From the NCBI GenBank assembly GCA_964456445.1, contig CAYWBI010000006.1:1-60200 (forward strand): a stretch of 60,200 bases of DNA, in the 5' to 3' direction. Below, one piece after another: positions 57,936 through 60,200 of the stretch. Positions within the stretch are counted from its first letter, which is position 1, and each line of letters starts with the position of its first letter. Position numbers and translations under genes: made by a program. The notes under the pieces are model-generated. The model had not been told where the DNA came from. It made no database searches and saw only the letters and a list, made by a program, of their open reading frames with translations. The DNA is from an uncultured Calditrichaceae bacterium (GTDB lineage: Bacteria > Calditrichota > Calditrichia > Calditrichales > J004).

Positions 57936-58443
57936 TTTTATGCTCGTTTATAAATGTAACGGTTGATTGATTGAGAATTATACAACTTACTAAAATCTGT
58001 TGTGGATTCAAATACCCGTGAAATGCAATGTTTTGTTATTCAGGACGAATCTCCTTCCTGGAAAGCAAATCAAACTTATATGGAAAATAATGGATGGCGT
58101 AGAGCAGACCCCGGGGTATTCAACATCGCATAAGGGGTCGGTAAAAGAAAAGTGCAAAATTGCCACGCTAAATTTTTCGAAACAAAATAATCCCAATTCT
58201 TTAAATCCCAAAACAATATTTGGGTTCGATCTTTTCGGCGCCACGGAAATGCGCCATCGAAATTAATCGTTCCGTTTAAAACATACAGGGCAAAATACGC
58301 TTCTCTGTTTGTGGCGTGATGGTGCAAACCCGGCCCATTTTTCAATCTTTGTCAGCTAAAAAGCGGAACATTCATTCGCCGCTCTTATTATTGACAATTT
58401 TTTGACGAAAACCGCTATACATATAAATATTAAACGTAAGCGT

Positions 58444-59439
58444 ATGCAAAGATCGATAAAAACCCTTGATCTAAAAGTGGGCATGTTTATCCATATCCCC
58501 CTTCCCTGGTACCGGCACCCCTTTTTAAAAAGCTCGTTTCGGATTAGTTCGGATCGGCAAATAAAAAAGATAGCGGCCAATGGGATTCATATTGTTGAAT
58601 TTAAGGACAAAGAAATAAAAAATGTTCAATCCGAAAAAAAGGTTAGAAAACCGGAGATAGTAATAGAAGCTGAACAAGCTGAAGATCAATCCGGGACTCT
58701 TAACCGTTCTATTATAACTGAATTTAAAGACGTTGTAAGAGATAAAAATATACCTGCCAGTCAAAAGTCTAAATTGGTGTACAAGGCATCTATCCAGTTG
58801 ATGTCCAGTTTGTTAAAAAGTCCTACTGCTGAAAATATAAGTGATTTTAAAGATGTCACTTCTAATATTGTTGATCTGATTCTTTCTGACAATGAAACGT
58901 CCAATTATCTTCTCGGTATTACTGCACATGATTTTTATACCTATACACATTCTGTAAATGTAGGTGTTCTTTCCATTCTTCTTTCAAAATCATTGTTTGG
59001 CGGTTCAGACAAACACGATATGCACGAGTTGGGCGCGGGATTTTTTTTGCATGATATCGGTAAGGTGCGTGTTGACCCGGCGCTTATAAATAAACCGGGC
59101 AGGTTTACCGAGGAAGATATGGGAAAAATGCGTGTCCACCCACGGGAAGGCTATAGTATTTTGGCCGAAGCCGAGCAACTAAGCGAAGAATCAAAAATTA
59201 TAGTCATGCAGCATCATGAACGTGCAGATGGCAGTGGATATCCCAATAAATTAAAAGGCAATGACATACATCTTTATGGCCGCATCTGCAGTATTGCCGA
59301 TGTGTTTGATGCACTAACCTCGAGGCGGGCCTATAAAAAATCTCTTTCTCCATTTAATGCATTAAAAATTATGCGGGAAGAAATGATCAATCACTTTCAA
59401 CCGGAATTATTTAAAAAATTTATTCTGCTCTATAAATAA
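58444..59439 (+). CDS. HD-GYP domain phosphodiesterase with a DUF3391-like N-terminal domain
   Basis: LKVGMFIHIPLPWYRHPF (DUF3391-like), HDIGK and HHERADGSGYP (HD-GYP). The ORF extends to TTG 58402. Confidence 0.85.
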   Translation: MQRSIKTLDLKVGMFIHIPLPWYRHPFLKSSFRISSDRQIKKIAANGIHIVEFKDKEIKNVQSEKKVRKPEIVIEAEQAEDQSGTLNRSIITEFKDVVRDKNIPASQKSKLVYKASIQLMSSLLKSPTAENISDFKDVTSNIVDLILSDNETSNYLLGITAHDFYTYTHSVNVGVLSILLSKSLFGGSDKHDMHELGAGFFLHDIGKVRVDPALINKPGRFTEEDMGKMRVHPREGYSILAEAEQLSEESKIIVMQHHERADGSGYPNKLKGNDIHLYGRICSIADVFDALTSRRAYKKSLSPFNALKIMREEMINHFQPELFKKFILLYK

Positions 59440-59627
59440 TCTTCTTTGTTCCTTCGCACCGGTAAATCAACTGATTTGTGAGCATGAAACCTCGAACACA
59501 AAATTGCTGTCGGATCAAATAGTCCGTCATTGGCCAATCTCATCAAATGAATTTTGCCGGGCACATTTTAAACCGGCCTGGCTTTGTACCTATAAACGTA
59601 CAGTATGGGGCATCAATTTTTCATTAA

Positions 59628-60200
59628 TTATACCGTCACACCAAATAAGCTCCCAACAGCAGCGGTTATCCCCATGGCAAGGGCGCCCCAAAAACCAACC
59701 CTGATCGTTCCTTTAAATATTGAAGCCCCGCCCATCCGGGCCGCAATGCCACCCAGAACCGCAAGGAAGACCAGTGAAAAAGCTGCAACAAATGGTATAA
59801 TATGTGCCAGGGGAACAAGCCATGCCGTTAATAGCGGCAAAGCCGCGCCGATCGTAAAGGTCCCGGATGATGAGAATGCCGCCTGCATGGGCCGCGCAGT
59901 TGCAATTTCCGAAATACCTATGTCATCCCGGGCATGCGCGCCAAGCGCATCATGGGCCATAAGTTGCTCTGCGACTTGTTTGGCCAGCCCCGGTTCAAGA
60001 CCGCGATCATGGTATATTTTAGCAAGTTCTTCTTTTTCATATTCAATGTCTTCTTCCAACGATTTTTTTTCAAGCTCTAAATCCGCAAATTCGGTATCCG
60101 ACTGGGAGCTGACCGATACATATTCGCCTGCCGCCATGGACATGGCCCCGGCAAGAAGTATTTCGTGTTGGGTTGTATTGGCGGCTGAAACGCCAATAAT
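59628..60200 (-). CDS. VIT1/CCC1 family iron/manganese transporter, 5'-truncated by the window edge
   Basis: AGAMSMAAGEYVSVSSQSD is the VIT family signature. The frame stays open from 60143 to the window end (IIGVSAANTTQHEILLAGA...), so the true start lies outside the window. Confidence 0.8.
   Translation of the reverse strand: MIGVSAANTTQHEILLAGAMSMAAGEYVSVSSQSDTEFADLELEKKSLEEDIEYEKEELAKIYHDRGLEPGLAKQVAEQLMAHDALGAHARDDIGISEIATARPMQAAFSSSGTFTIGAALPLLTAWLVPLAHIIPFVAAFSLVFLAVLGGIAARMGGASIFKGTIRVGFWGALAMGITAAVGSLFGVTV

Overview
This is a 60.2 kb chromosomal segment that looks bacterial and is densely coding. The gene content suggests the FCB superphylum, possibly Calditrichota- or Ignavibacteriota-like: a T9SS C-terminal sorting domain, CarboxypepD_reg-type TonB receptors, PEGA kinases and sigma-54 regulators. 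That lineage call is inference only. I found no rRNA, tRNA, CRISPR array, transposase, integrase or phage genes.

Most of the window is housekeeping and signalling genes in tight operons, several translationally coupled:
- A folE / two PTPS / SDR pterin operon (5.7-7.9 kb).
- A TPP-riboswitch-controlled thiamine salvage operon: TonB receptor, thiamine pyrophosphokinase and an SSS transporter (10.4-15.1 kb).
- A SAM-I-riboswitch-controlled metY / aspartokinase / metX operon (19.7-23.9 kb).
- A sigma-54 signalling cluster: lipoprotein, GAF-bEBP, PEGA Ser/Thr kinase, Kelch-T9SS protein and a DUF5683 protein (24.8-31.0 kb).
- era, an M50 protease, pcm, a GAF histidine kinase, a STAS protein, rpoZ, ytxH/DUF948 and ilvE.
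- An S9 peptidase.
- A small protein / ArsA-like ATPase / PAS kinase / NarL regulator module (44.5-48.2 kb).
- A TonB receptor, then a penicillin-acylase / GPH-MFS pair (49.2-55.7 kb).
- A DMT transporter, deoC, an HD-GYP protein and a truncated VIT-family gene.

Nothing here can be shown from sequence alone to be a new biological system. The features least explained by ordinary annotation are:
1. A tandem array of ~125-bp hairpin-forming repeats at 48.2-48.9 kb, with one unit split by a highly structured ~200-bp insert.
2. A DeoC aldolase with an N-terminal amphipathic extension resembling a microcompartment encapsulation peptide, with no shell genes in the window.
3. The four-gene ArsA-like ATPase / two-component module.
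4. The sigma-54 cluster, which has two candidate -24/-12 promoters.
5. A GCS2-CBS ligase paired with an AstE/AspA-type deacylase.

All functional calls come from motif recognition by eye in the supplied translations. No database search was run.
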